This document shows, piece after piece, positions 1 to 11,132 of a stretch of 64,000 nucleotides of DNA. Numbering within the stretch: the stretch's first letter is position 1; every line of letters starts with the position of its first letter. Source of the DNA: Chloroflexota bacterium (GTDB taxonomy: Bacteria > Chloroflexota > UBA11872 > VXOZ01). The notes under the pieces are model-generated. The model was not told the DNA's origin, made no database searches, and worked only from the letters and a program-made list of their open reading frames with translations. The stretch spans positions 2,336,001-2,400,000 of the forward strand of contig OZ244922.1 in NCBI GenBank assembly GCA_965221905.1. Direction: 5' to 3'. The translations under genes were made by a program, and so were the position numbers.

Positions 1-2
1 CA

Positions 3-2762
3 TCGATCATGCTCTCCACAACCTATCCGGTTGCCCAGGGGCGATCCGGTATGGAAGAAGCTCTACGTAAGCTATGCATGCACGCCGAGCAGAGTATTGA
101 CAAAGGGCGGACCGTCTTGATCCTCAGCGATCTCGGTGTGGGTCCCGACCATGCGCCAATACCAATTCTCCTCGCTGCATCCGCTGTGCATCAACACCTT
201 GCTCACGCCCGCAAGCGCATGCAGGCGAGCATCGTGGTCGAGAGTGGCGAGGTGTGGGACATTCACCACTTTGCCTGCCTCCTTGGACATGGCGTTGGCT
301 TCGTCTATCCCTATCTCGCGCTGGAGACCATCCGTCACGCTGCGGAGACCGACCGTCGGCAAACGGTCGATCCCCTCACTGCATGGCAGAACTATCGCGC
401 GGCCGTCGAAGATGGGCTGTTGAAGATAATGTCGAAGATGGGCATCTGCACCCTCGGTGGCTATCGCGGCGCGCAGATTTTCGAAATCGTCGGCCTGAAT
501 AGCAGTCTCTCAAGTTTCTACTTTACCGGCACGCCCTCCCGGATCGAAGGGCTCGGGCTCCAAGAGATTGAAGAAGAAGTGGCCAATCGCCACGCTGAAG
601 CCTTTGCTGAGCGCAAGAATGGCAGGTTGCCGGACTATGGCCTCTATCGGTTTAGACGCACTGGCGAGTATCACGCGTATAGTCCCACTACCGTGCAAGC
701 ACTCCAGCAGGCCGCTCTTTCAGGCGAAATGGATGATTATCGGCGTTACGCCAATATGGTGCACACACGGCCCCCCACGAGCCTGCGCGACCTTCTCGAA
801 TTTGTGCCGCACGACCCAGTTCCTCTCGAAGAAGTCGAGTCGGTTGACTCGATCCGCCGTCGTTTCACGACTCAAGCAATGTCACTCGGCGCTCTTTCAC
901 CGGAAGCGCACAAGACTATTGCAATTGCCCTGAATCGGATAGGCGGACGAAGCAACACCGGCGAAGGCGGTGAGGACCCCGAGTGGTTCAAGCCACTGCC
1001 GAACGGCGAGTCTGCCAACTGCGCGGTGAAGCAAGTAGCCAGCGCACGCTTTGGAGTCACGACGGAATACTTGGTCAGGGCCAAAGAGCTTGAGATCAAG
1101 ATGGCCCAAGGCTCAAAACCGGGCGAGGGCGGTCAATTGCCCGGCTTCAAGGTCACACCATTCATAGCCAGGATTAGGCATGCCATTCCCGGTATCCCAC
1201 TCATCTCGCCGCCACCCCACCACGACATTTATTCCATTGAGGATATAGCCCAGCTCATATACGATCTAAAGCAAGTCAATCCACGCGCGCGCGTTGGGGT
1301 CAAGCTGGTTTCTGAGGCCGGCGTCGGCACTGTGGCCGTTGGCATCGCCAAGGCATACGCAGACTATGTGCTAATTTCCGGACAGGACGGCGGTACGGGC
1401 GCCTCGCCGTTGAGTTCCATCAAGAACGGCGGGCTGCCCTGGGAACTGGGTCTGGCGGAGACCCAACAGACTCTCATGCGAAATAACCTCCGTTCTCGCA
1501 TTCGAGTGCGTGTGGACGGCGGCTTCAAGACCGGACGCGACGTTGTGGTCGGGGCCATGCTTGGCGGCGAGGAGTTTGGGTTTGGAACCGGCAGCCTCGT
1601 GGCAATTGGCTGCGACATGGCCCGCCAGTGCCACCTGAACACCTGCCCTACCGGCATCGCCACCCAGCGGGAGGACTTGCGCGAAAAGTTTACCGGCACA
1701 CCGGAAATGCTCGTCAATTTCCTCACGCTAATCGCCATGGAGGTCCGGGAGATCTTAGCTAGCTTGGGTATCCGCTCGCTTGAAGAAGTCATTGGGCGCA
1801 CCAACATGCTGCGGCAAAGAGAGGTCCCCGGTGATGACAAAGCCAACACTATCGATCTACTTCCACTCTTGGCTGAAGGTGATCCTAGCGGTGCGCTCCC
1901 ACGATCCTCACAGCAGGAGTGGAATAACCCCGGAGGCTCCACGCTCGACGACACCATCCTGCAAGAAGCCGCCGCCGGCATTGCGGGCGAGCAGCAGGTG
2001 AGTCTCACGTACGACGTGCGAAACCACATGCGTAGTATCGGCGCCCGTGTTGCCGGGGCAATCGCCGACAAGCACACGGACACCGGCCTGAGGGCAGGAT
2101 CGGTAGCCCTGACCTTCAAGGGCAGCGCCGGTCAGTCATTCGGCGCCTTCTGCGTGCCCGGCATGTCCCTCACGCTCCATGGTGAGGCCCAAGACTACGT
2201 GGCTAAGTGCATGACCGGCGGCGAGATTGTGGTGCTCTCTTCACCTGATGCTGCATTGCCGTCTGAAAAGAACGTCCTCATAGGGAATACCTGTCTCTAT
2301 GGCGCGACAGGTGGCTCACTCTTTGTGGCCGGTCAGGCGGGCGAGCGGTTTGCCGTGCGCAATAGCGGCGCGGAAGCGGTGGTTGAAGGCGCAGGCGATC
2401 ACTGTTGTGAGTATATGACTCGCGGCGTTGTGGCCGTCCTAGGAGAGGTGGGACACAACTTCGGCGCCGGCATGGCCGCCGGCATCGCGTACGTTCTCGA
2501 TGAGAACAACACCTTTTCCCGGCGGTACAACCCGGAGATGATAGATATCGAACCATTGACAGATGGCGAAGACATCAGTACGCTTCAACACCTGCTTACG
2601 CGGCACGTTGCCGTGACGGGCAGTCCGCGCGGCAAGGCGATCTTGGACAACCTCGACCGTTATCTGCCGATGTTCTGGAAGGTCTTCCCCAAGCCGCTCC
2701 GTGCGTTGATGGAGCAAGAAACGGACATTGAGTCCCAGGTAGAAGCCGAAGCACGACGCTAA
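3..2762 (+). CDS. gltB: Glutamate synthase large subunit, 5'-truncated by window edge
   Basis: Motifs AMSLGALS, SNTGEGGE, KQVASARFGV, IKMAQGSKPGEGGQLPG, the 3Fe-4S cysteines CDMARQCHLNTCPTG, and a C-terminal GXGXG domain (AGQSFGAF, AGERFAVRNSGA). Confidence 0.98.
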   Translation, partial: SIMLSTTYPVAQGRSGMEEALRKLCMHAEQSIDKGRTVLILSDLGVGPDHAPIPILLAASAVHQHLAHARKRMQASIVVESGEVWDIHHFACLLGHGVGFVYPYLALETIRHAAETDRRQTVDPLTAWQNYRAAVEDGLLKIMSKMGICTLGGYRGAQIFEIVGLNSSLSSFYFTGTPSRIEGLGLQEIEEEVANRHAEAFAERKNGRLPDYGLYRFRRTGEYHAYSPTTVQALQQAALSGEMDDYRRYANMVHTRPPTSLRDLLEFVPHDPVPLEEVESVDSIRRRFTTQAMSLGALSPEAHKTIAIALNRIGGRSNTGEGGEDPEWFKPLPNGESANCAVKQVASARFGVTTEYLVRAKELEIKMAQGSKPGEGGQLPGFKVTPFIARIRHAIPGIPLISPPPHHDIYSIEDIAQLIYDLKQVNPRARVGVKLVSEAGVGTVAVGIAKAYADYVLISGQDGGTGASPLSSIKNGGLPWELGLAETQQTLMRNNLRSRIRVRVDGGFKTGRDVVVGAMLGGEEFGFGTGSLVAIGCDMARQCHLNTCPTGIATQREDLREKFTGTPEMLVNFLTLIAMEVREILASLGIRSLEEVIGRTNMLRQREVPGDDKANTIDLLPLLAEGDPSGALPRSSQQEWNNPGGSTLDDTILQEAAAGIAGEQQVSLTYDVRNHMRSIGARVAGAIADKHTDTGLRAGSVALTFKGSAGQSFGAFCVPGMSLTLHGEAQDYVAKCMTGGEIVVLSSPDAALPSEKNVLIGNTCLYGATGGSLFVAGQAGERFAVRNSGAEAVVEGAGDHCCEYMTRGVVAVLGEVGHNFGAGMAAGIAYVLDENNTFSRRYNPEMIDIEPLTDGEDISTLQHLLTRHVAVTGSPRGKAILDNLDRYLPMFWKVFPKPLRALMEQETDIESQVEAEARR

Positions 2763-3096
2763 AGGCATTTGCCTGAAGAGCCCTTACCCGCAATCTTGGC
2801 GTAAATGCGTTCAGGTGCGCACGAGGAACGCAAAGCGGAATGACCGATCGTGTTGCTCTCCCGCTGTACTCCGTGCCAGATGCCGGTGTTCTTGTTTGCG
2901 GAACTACAGTTTTCGCGGCGAAACCCAATATTGCCGCGCGTGCCGGCAGAGCTCAGCACACACGCTCATTCCTTAGCAAGTCAAACGCTTCTGTGCTACA
3001 ATACGAGCGGCATGTGCACATTTGCACGCACTCGCAAGAAAACCGCGTTACTCGAACCGGAAACTAATGAAATTGAAACGTGAGGCTGTTCCCCAT

Positions 3097-4293
3097 ATGG
3101 AAGGAATCGTGTACCGTGAGATGCAACCCGAGGATGTATTCAGCACGATAACACTCCGTAACGAGGTCTTTTCGGACGCACCCGTAACCCAGGAAGACTG
3201 GGAACGAGACAATATGCTGGCATCCATCGCCGTCCTCGAGGAAGAGGTTGTGGGTGCGATTCCCCTGATATTGCGCGAGACAGTGATCGCGCCCGGTGTG
3301 ACAATAACTGCGGCATTCGAAAACTCAGTGGGCACACGAGAAGAGCTTCGCAGTCAAGGCATTGGCCGGGGCATGATTGAGAACGCCCGCCAATTCTTGC
3401 CGGGTCGCGCCGATGCACTTTTCGTTTACCGCGGCGACGAGCGCAGCGACGGCTACCGCTTCTATGCCACCACCAATCACTACGACCTCCTTTACTCACG
3501 CCACTATCGTTTCGGTTCACCGGAAACAAGCTACCTACCGCCCGGAGTTACCTTGGCGGGTAAGGAGTCTGTTTTCCTTAACAACGAACGCCTCCAAGCC
3601 GTCTTTGGTAGCACATACGGACGTCTCGGCGGCTTTCCGCAACGCTGTGGAGAATACTGGCAACGAGCGCTATCCTCCTCAATCTATTCTGAGTTTCCGA
3701 CCGATTTCTCGTTCGTTCACATCATCCAAAGCGATGAGCTTTTGGGCTACGCGGTCTGCGGCGTGCGCACTACGCGGCACAACGGAGTGGCAAATATTTT
3801 GGAGATCGCGACACTAGGAGCAGACTCAAATATTGCGCAGCGCATCCTAACCGGAGTGGCGTCCGTTGCTGGAGAACGCAAACTCAGTGTAGATATTCAG
3901 CTCTCTGATGAAGACCCCCTTCTCCCTCTGTTCCTATCGAATGGCTACCTACCGGAGCCGCGCGGCACCATCATCATGGGCCAAGTCATCGACGTGCTCT
4001 GCTTCTTCGAGAAACACTGGAGCGAGCGCTTTGATCTGTACAATACGGCCCTTGTGGTGGTCACACCGAAAGATGAATATCTTCTCATCGAGCCCGAGAC
4101 GCGTCAGCATACATTGACGTTGGAGATGAAAGAAGAGACGCTGCACCGCTGGCTGCTTGCCCGGATTGATCTGCGTGCACGCCTTTCCGAAGGCAGCGTG
4201 ACGGCGTTTGGCGCAAATTCCCAAGTCATCGAGCGGGTCTGCGATGCCATTCCCTCTTCACCTTGGGCATACCATTTCATTGACTGGATTTAG
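3097..4293 (+). CDS. GNAT-family N-acetyltransferase (Eis-like, multi-domain)
   Basis: Acetyl-CoA motif VGTREELRSQGIGRGMI and YRFY; ~400 aa with a possible SCP2-like C-terminus. ATG 3097 chosen because a GAGG precedes it. Confidence 0.7.
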   Translation: MEGIVYREMQPEDVFSTITLRNEVFSDAPVTQEDWERDNMLASIAVLEEEVVGAIPLILRETVIAPGVTITAAFENSVGTREELRSQGIGRGMIENARQFLPGRADALFVYRGDERSDGYRFYATTNHYDLLYSRHYRFGSPETSYLPPGVTLAGKESVFLNNERLQAVFGSTYGRLGGFPQRCGEYWQRALSSSIYSEFPTDFSFVHIIQSDELLGYAVCGVRTTRHNGVANILEIATLGADSNIAQRILTGVASVAGERKLSVDIQLSDEDPLLPLFLSNGYLPEPRGTIIMGQVIDVLCFFEKHWSERFDLYNTALVVVTPKDEYLLIEPETRQHTLTLEMKEETLHRWLLARIDLRARLSEGSVTAFGANSQVIERVCDAIPSSPWAYHFIDWI

Positions 4294-4588
4294 CATCGGG
4301 AAGTACCAATGACTTCCCGAACGTGACCGTTCCTCAGGGCCCAACCCAAGCAAGAAGAGGACAATCGGCCGGCAATGACAGCATGCGATGCATCTTATCT
4401 GGCCTCGTTTGCGATCCAAGCAATTGAAATTCTTTTCTGGCGGCCGAATCTCAATGGTCTCATTCCTACTTAATTCGGCCCTGTGTCCGGTCGCCAATTC
4501 GATTTGCTACTGCCGCGACCGGACCCTCGATGCATGACATGGCGCGGCTCCTTTGCGTTCCGACAATGGAAGGACTGAGAGGCTACCT

Positions 4589-5806
4589 ATGAGTTCAGCA
4601 GTGAAATGGCAAGAGCATCCCGCGGTAGTTGTCTGGAGTGACGACTGGGGAATGAATGCCTGGGCGCCGACCGAAGAGTCGTACCACGCCACCCGCCACG
4701 AGGAACTCATGCAGACGCGCTGGTCTTCGGGAAGTTTGGAAACGCCCGCCGACTTGGAGCGCACGTTTCAATTGTTGGAAGCACATCGCGGCGGCGACGG
4801 CCAGCCGATTGTTTTCGAACCATACTACATCGTGGGCAGCCCGGACTACGATGCTATCCGCGCGAGTGAGTTTCGCTATTACGTGGACATTGGCCTCGAC
4901 CAAGGGGTCTCGCAGGGCTGGGAGCGGGGTGATATCGTAGCCAAAGCGCGTGAAGGCATTGAGCGCGGCGTGTGGTCCCCTCAGTATCACGGACGCACGC
5001 ACCACTTCAGCCATCATCGCTGGCTCAAGCGACTGCGCGAAGGCGAGCCGCGGGCGGTACTGATGTTTGCACATCGGATGTATGTGTGCGAGAACGTGCG
5101 AGAACGTGTGCCGGAGCATGAAGACATGGCCGAACCGGAGCGCAAGGAATGGGTGCGCGGGGCCATGGGCTATTTCATCCGCTCGTTCGGCTATGCCCCC
5201 ACTAGCGTGCGCAATTCTGATGAGGCTGAAATCGCCTGGGCCACGCAGGGAATCGAGATCCGCGTGGGGGCCTCCGACCGAGAGGGAGAAGACCAGACAG
5301 GGAAGCGTTCACCGCTTGCCGACCTGTGGTATTCCGGTAGCGCCATAAACTTCGAACCATTCCAAACGGCGGACCAAGAGGACATTCTCGCCCGCGTCCA
5401 AGCAGAGACGGTCGCTGCCTGGCAGGCCAATCGGCCGGCATTCATCAGTAGCCATCGACGCAACTTCACCGCATTCACCACCGACGTGGACAACAACTTC
5501 GCAGTATGGGATTCCTACCTCGCTTGGCTGGGAGCGCAGCATCCTGCACACGTCTTCATAACCATGCCGGAAGTCAAACAGTTGTGGGAAACCGGTGTAT
5601 CATCACGCCGCTACGCCAACACACTCATTTGCCGCAACTGGACGGAAAAGCAACAAACCATCACGTGTTCAGCACTTCCCAATGAAGTGGTGGAAGACAT
5701 CATTTACGCCGATAACGAAGCCTCACTCTCCGTTTCAAGCGGAGCAGAGAAACACATCTTGGATGCGCCTCCCGGAAACCATTGTGTCACCATAGGCACG
5801 CGCTAA
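4589..5806 (+). CDS. Putative polysaccharide deacetylase-like (NodB/glycoside hydrolase-deacetylase barrel) hypothetical protein
   Basis: Long ORF with SDDWG, QYHGRTHH and ISSHRRNF motifs resembling metal-binding D/H/H deacetylase signatures; function inferred. Confidence 0.5.
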   Translation: MSSAVKWQEHPAVVVWSDDWGMNAWAPTEESYHATRHEELMQTRWSSGSLETPADLERTFQLLEAHRGGDGQPIVFEPYYIVGSPDYDAIRASEFRYYVDIGLDQGVSQGWERGDIVAKAREGIERGVWSPQYHGRTHHFSHHRWLKRLREGEPRAVLMFAHRMYVCENVRERVPEHEDMAEPERKEWVRGAMGYFIRSFGYAPTSVRNSDEAEIAWATQGIEIRVGASDREGEDQTGKRSPLADLWYSGSAINFEPFQTADQEDILARVQAETVAAWQANRPAFISSHRRNFTAFTTDVDNNFAVWDSYLAWLGAQHPAHVFITMPEVKQLWETGVSSRRYANTLICRNWTEKQQTITCSALPNEVVEDIIYADNEASLSVSSGAEKHILDAPPGNHCVTIGTR

Positions 5807-5879
5807 CCTTCGCCCGTACGACGGGTGCACAGGTACACCAAACACGAATCTACTCCGAGACGTAGGAGGTTTTTCAGCA

Positions 5880-7181
5880 TTGCGAAGCATTACCCGCTCT
5901 AAGCAGCTATGGGAGCGTGCTCAAAAGCATCTTGCTGCCGGTGTGAGCAGCAATATCCGACTGCAAGAACGCCCTGCGCCGCTCTACTTTAGCCACGGCA
6001 AGGGATCTCGGTTGTTTGACGTGGACGGCAACGAGTATATCGATTACGTTGCCGCCTACGGACCGCTCATTCTGGGCCATAGTCACCCTGAGCTTGTCGA
6101 AGCTGTACAGCGACAGGTGGCGCTGGGCCAAACGTATGGCGGACAGCACGAGATCGAAGTAGCGGTTTCGGAAAAGATCAGCGCGCTTATGCCTGCCATG
6201 GAGGTCGTGCGCTTCTGCGGTAGCGGATCGGAGGCAAACCATGCGCTCTTCCGCCTCGCCCGCGCCTACACCGGCCGCACGAAGATCGTCCGCTTCGAGG
6301 GCCATTACCACGGCTGGCTGGACGACCAACTGATCAGCGATCACCCCCACTCGGCAGAAGAAGCAGGCGAATTGCCGTTTCCGCGCCCGGTGCTCGGCAG
6401 CGAGGGGCAACTTCCTCACGCAGCAGGCGAGACTTTGGTGCTTCCCTGGAACAACTTGGACGTCTTTTCAGAACTCATTGAACGAGAAGGCCGGAACGTC
6501 GCCGCCGTGATCACGGAACCTATCATGTGCAATGGCGGCTTGATTCTACCTAAACCAGGTTTCCTAGAGGGCCTACGCGAAATTTGCACGCGTGAGGACA
6601 TCTTGCTTATCTTCGACGAGGTGATAACGGGCTTCCGGACAGATCTCCACGGAGCGCAGGGCCTGCTCGGTGTAACGCCGGACCTCGTGACACTGGGAAA
6701 AGCTGTGGCCAATGGTTTTCCGTTAAGCGTTTTCGGTGGGCGCCGCGACATTATGGCCATGGTTGGCAGTGGCGTCATGCACGGCGGTACGTACAATGGC
6801 AATCCCATCACGCTCGCCGCCGCCAATACAACCTTAGATGTGCTCTCCCGCGATAATGGCGCCGTATATGACCAGATTCGCACGATTGGCCTCAGTCTGA
6901 TGGATGGAATTCGACACGCAGCGCAGGAAGCCGGTCAGGCGGTCTTGGTGCAAGGCATCGGCCCGGTATTATTTGCCTGGTTCACGGAACGCCAGGAGAT
7001 CACGTCATTCCGCGACAATTGGGACTGCGATGAGGACAAATACGCCGCGTTCCAAGGTAAACTCATCGATCACGGCGTGCGTACTATTCCCTCCGGTCGT
7101 TGGTATGTTTCTGCAGCGCACACCGAGGAGGACGTCCGCCAAACGGTAGATGCAGTGGCAAAGGCGTTGCAAGAAGCATAG
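5880..7181 (+). CDS. Class III PLP aminotransferase (glutamate-1-semialdehyde aminomutase-like)
   Basis: DVDGNEYIDY, FEGHYHG, FDEVITGFR, TLGKAVANG (PLP lysine), HGGTYNGNP; AGGAGG RBS before a TTG start. Confidence 0.9.
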   Translation: MRSITRSKQLWERAQKHLAAGVSSNIRLQERPAPLYFSHGKGSRLFDVDGNEYIDYVAAYGPLILGHSHPELVEAVQRQVALGQTYGGQHEIEVAVSEKISALMPAMEVVRFCGSGSEANHALFRLARAYTGRTKIVRFEGHYHGWLDDQLISDHPHSAEEAGELPFPRPVLGSEGQLPHAAGETLVLPWNNLDVFSELIEREGRNVAAVITEPIMCNGGLILPKPGFLEGLREICTREDILLIFDEVITGFRTDLHGAQGLLGVTPDLVTLGKAVANGFPLSVFGGRRDIMAMVGSGVMHGGTYNGNPITLAAANTTLDVLSRDNGAVYDQIRTIGLSLMDGIRHAAQEAGQAVLVQGIGPVLFAWFTERQEITSFRDNWDCDEDKYAAFQGKLIDHGVRTIPSGRWYVSAAHTEEDVRQTVDAVAKALQEA

Positions 7182-7366
7182 CGTTTGAAGACTGTTGTCT
7201 ATCCGAAGGATGGCACGAGTCGCAAGCCGCTGCCGGTCAGGGCGAAAAATGTCTTGGGGAAGTGTGCCCTCTAGATGAAGCCGCCAATTCCAGAACAAAT
7301 GGCTCGCCGTCTGCAGGCGGCGCAACAGTAGTTATGTAATTCTAGGAGTGAGAGGAGCCCGCTACA

Positions 7367-8128
7367 ATGCCAGACCTACTCGTTGGCAAGAGTGCCATCG
7401 TAACCGGTGCCGCCAGCGGCATCGGGCAAGCTACCGCCCTCGCCTTCTTGCGCGAAGGGGCAAATGTGCTCGGCGCCGACCTGAACGAGGATGGGCTTCA
7501 ACTAACTGCTGAGCGTGCAAGAGAACACAGTCCGATGTTTCTCACGCAGCGCTGCGACGTTACCCAGCGCGCCGACGTTGAAGCTGTGGTCTCGCGGTCC
7601 GTGTCGGCATTCGGCAAGCTCGACATCATGGCCGCCATCGCGGGCATAGCCATAGAGCACGACTTTGTGGATATCAAGGACGATGACTGGCACCGGGTGA
7701 CCGACGTCAACCTGCACGGCGTATTCCTTTGCGATCAGGTCGCCGCGAGACAGATGGTGGAGCAAGGAAACGGCGGCCGCATCATCAATATGTCTTCCGT
7801 GAACGGTCTCATGGGAGAGGAAGAGCTGGCAGCCTACAATACCTCAAAAGGCGCGGTCACACTGCTTACAAAGAGTGCGGCTATCGACATGGCAAAGCAC
7901 GAAATCACCGTGAATTGCCTCGCTCCCGGCTACATTCGCACGCCGCTCACGGTAGAGAGCATCGCCGACGAGGCTTGGATCAACGAATACCTGAAGCGCG
8001 TTCCTTTCCGGCGGGTGGGCGAACCGGAAGAGGTGGCAGACTGTGCGGTGTTCCTGGCTAGCGATCTCAGTCGCTACGTAACCGGCCACGCCCTCGTGGT
8101 CGACGGCGGACAGATCGCGGTAATCTAA
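7367..8128 (+). CDS. SDR family NAD(P)-dependent oxidoreductase
   Basis: TGAASGIG Rossmann motif, YNTSK catalytic YxxxK, VVDGG C-terminus. Confidence 0.95.
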   Translation: MPDLLVGKSAIVTGAASGIGQATALAFLREGANVLGADLNEDGLQLTAERAREHSPMFLTQRCDVTQRADVEAVVSRSVSAFGKLDIMAAIAGIAIEHDFVDIKDDDWHRVTDVNLHGVFLCDQVAARQMVEQGNGGRIINMSSVNGLMGEEELAAYNTSKGAVTLLTKSAAIDMAKHEITVNCLAPGYIRTPLTVESIADEAWINEYLKRVPFRRVGEPEEVADCAVFLASDLSRYVTGHALVVDGGQIAVI

Positions 8129-8724
8129 CCGGCTGGACCCGCAGGGCGCATACTTTACCTTGGGAAGGAAGTGCCCTGCAATACCCTCAGCACGATCAGC
8201 TCATCCATCTAAAGGCATCCTCAGAAGGCTCTTGGGCAATGCCACAGAGGGCTTCTGCGCGATGCCTGAGAGGGCTCTCGGTCGACGCGACGGAGATTGT
8301 ATGCGCTTTGCCGTTGACAGCGTAATCCGTTCGCCCTGAGCCTGTCGAAGGACGAACAGCCCGGGAAGACGATCCCCAAATTGCGCTTCCGTTCGCCCTG
8401 AGCCTGTCGAAGGACGAACAGCCCGGGAAGACGATCCCCAAAGTGCGCAATCCGTTCGCCCTGAGCCTGTCGAAGGGTGAACAGCCGGGGAAGACGATCC
8501 CAAAGTGGACTTCCATTCGCCCTGAGCCCGTCGCAGGGTGCACAACCGGGGAAGACGATCCCCAATGTGCGCAATCCGTTCGCCCTGAGCCTGTCGAAGG
8601 GCGCACAGCCAAGGAAGACGATCCCCAAAATTCCCTTCCGTTCGCCCTGAGCTTGTCAAAGGGTGAACAGCCAAGGAAAACGATCCCCAATGTGCGCTTC
8701 CGTTCGCCCTTATATCTTGGAAAA

Positions 8725-8885
8725 GGGAGATAGAATGGGAGCAGGCGTGGCAGACCGGTTCGTCCTAGGTCTGGCAGACCGTGGCTCAGAGTGGTCGCCA
8801 CACCTGCCGAGCTCCCCCAGAGCCCGAACAGTTACCGGGACACGAAGTCCGTATCCGTAAGGCAGGGACTGCATGGGAGCGCCAG
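8725..8885 (+). ncRNA. Predicted IS110 bridge RNA (target-binding loop ~8741-8807, donor-binding loop ~8812-8879)
   Basis: Two stem/internal-loop/hairpin modules. Guides 8758-8766 GTTCGTCCT and 8783-8789 GGCTCAG match the target; 8828-8835 ACAGTTAC and 8858-8861 TAAG match the donor junction. Transcript ends are approximate. Confidence 0.85.
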
Positions 8886-8891
8886 CCATAG

Positions 8892-9862
<971 letters not shown>

Positions 9863-10028
9863 GAGCCTGTCGAAGGGCGCACAGCCGGGGAAGACGATCC
9901 CCCAAATGCACTTCCGTTCGCCCTGAGCCTGTCGAAGGGCACACAGCCGGGGAAGACGATCCCCGAAGTGCGCTTCCGTTCGCCCTGAGCCTGTCGAAGG
10001 GTGCACGGAAGTGGTGCTTCATAACACC

Positions 10029-10088
10029 GGCCGTTCATACTTCGACAAGCCTGTGCTGAGCCTGTCGAAGTGCTCAGCACGAACGGCC
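10029..10088. repeat. Nested REP: an inverted copy carrying an inserted short forward copy
   Basis: GGCCGTTCATACTTCGACAAG[CCTGTGCTGAGCCTGTCGAAGT]GCTCAGCACGAACGGCC. Confidence 0.8.
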
Positions 10089-10233
10089 AAAGCTATTCCA
10101 CTACGAACGCCTACCCAAGTCTCCCAGACCGTCTCTCTCGGCGAGCTAGAGCCCTAAAAAACCGGTTGTTGTGATACACAACTCGTACCCCAGTCCCGAC
10201 TACGCTCCATTCGCTCGCAGGATTGCCCTAACC

Positions 10234-11037
10234 CTAAGGCTTGGGGTGGAAGTCACGCTGCGGCCGAATTTCGCGGGCGCGAAACTCATCGAGAAACGCC
10301 GCGGTCCGTTTCACTGCCGCCTTGTAGAGAACCTCGCCTTTCTCGGCGCTGGCCCCCATAGGATCGCCCTGGATGCCGGTTGACGTATTGCGGCTGAAGA
10401 ACTCCTGGTAGTGTATGCGCGTATTGGCCGGCCACGCGCCCCAGATGTGCTCGCTCTGTTGCACCTCTTCCACCGTACGCACTGCCTTGCTCATGTCCAC
10501 CAGATGAGGGCAGAGATACAGCATAAGGGAGGTCTCATCCTCGTCCGCGTGGTGGCTCACGCCATGCGACTCGCGGTCCCACGTCAGGTCTTCAGCCCGA
10601 ATGAGGGCCCAGTAGTTGGCCAGCACGCTGATCGCCGCACTCTCATTGTTAATGCGGCGCATGGCGAGGTCCATCACCGGTACATTGCTGCCGTGGCCGT
10701 TGAGCAGCACGATGTGCCGAAAGCCATGATGGGCCAGACTGAAGCCGATCTGCGCCACGTAATCGATGATCGTGTACATATTGATGGCGATAGTGCCCGG
10801 AAAGTCCATGTGGTGCTCATTGAACGAGTAAAATACCGGCGGCATCACGATGACATTGGGGGTCAAATGCTCGGCCACCTCATTGGCTATGCGCTGCGGG
10901 ATGATGTAATCGACCATCAGCGGCATGTGCGGCCCATGCTGCTCCATCGTGCCTACCGGCAACACGACGACCGGATCCTGCAGAGCGGCTTCACCTACCT
11001 CCGGCGACTTGAGCTCTTCATAGCGGAAGTTATTCAC
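10234..11037 (-). CDS. Creatininase/amidohydrolase family protein
   Basis: PVGTMEQHGPHMP..D, NGHGSN and HHADEDETS motifs; GTG start at 11037 after GGAG. Confidence 0.92.
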   Translation of the reverse strand: MNNFRYEELKSPEVGEAALQDPVVVLPVGTMEQHGPHMPLMVDYIIPQRIANEVAEHLTPNVIVMPPVFYSFNEHHMDFPGTIAINMYTIIDYVAQIGFSLAHHGFRHIVLLNGHGSNVPVMDLAMRRINNESAAISVLANYWALIRAEDLTWDRESHGVSHHADEDETSLMLYLCPHLVDMSKAVRTVEEVQQSEHIWGAWPANTRIHYQEFFSRNTSTGIQGDPMGASAEKGEVLYKAAVKRTAAFLDEFRAREIRPQRDFHPKP

Positions 11038-11132
11038 AATAGCTCTCCCAATCTCTGATTTGACAACGTAACTCTGCAATTGCCTGCGGATTACCCGCAA
11101 ACTTCGGCTTTCTTGGCGTCTACCGTTGGTTC

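Noticed and set aside
8196-8801. ORFs with repeated PFDRLRANG / PSTGSGRT peptides (also 9716-10080)
   Set aside because: These are translations of the REP array in several frames, with no RBS or domain evidence.
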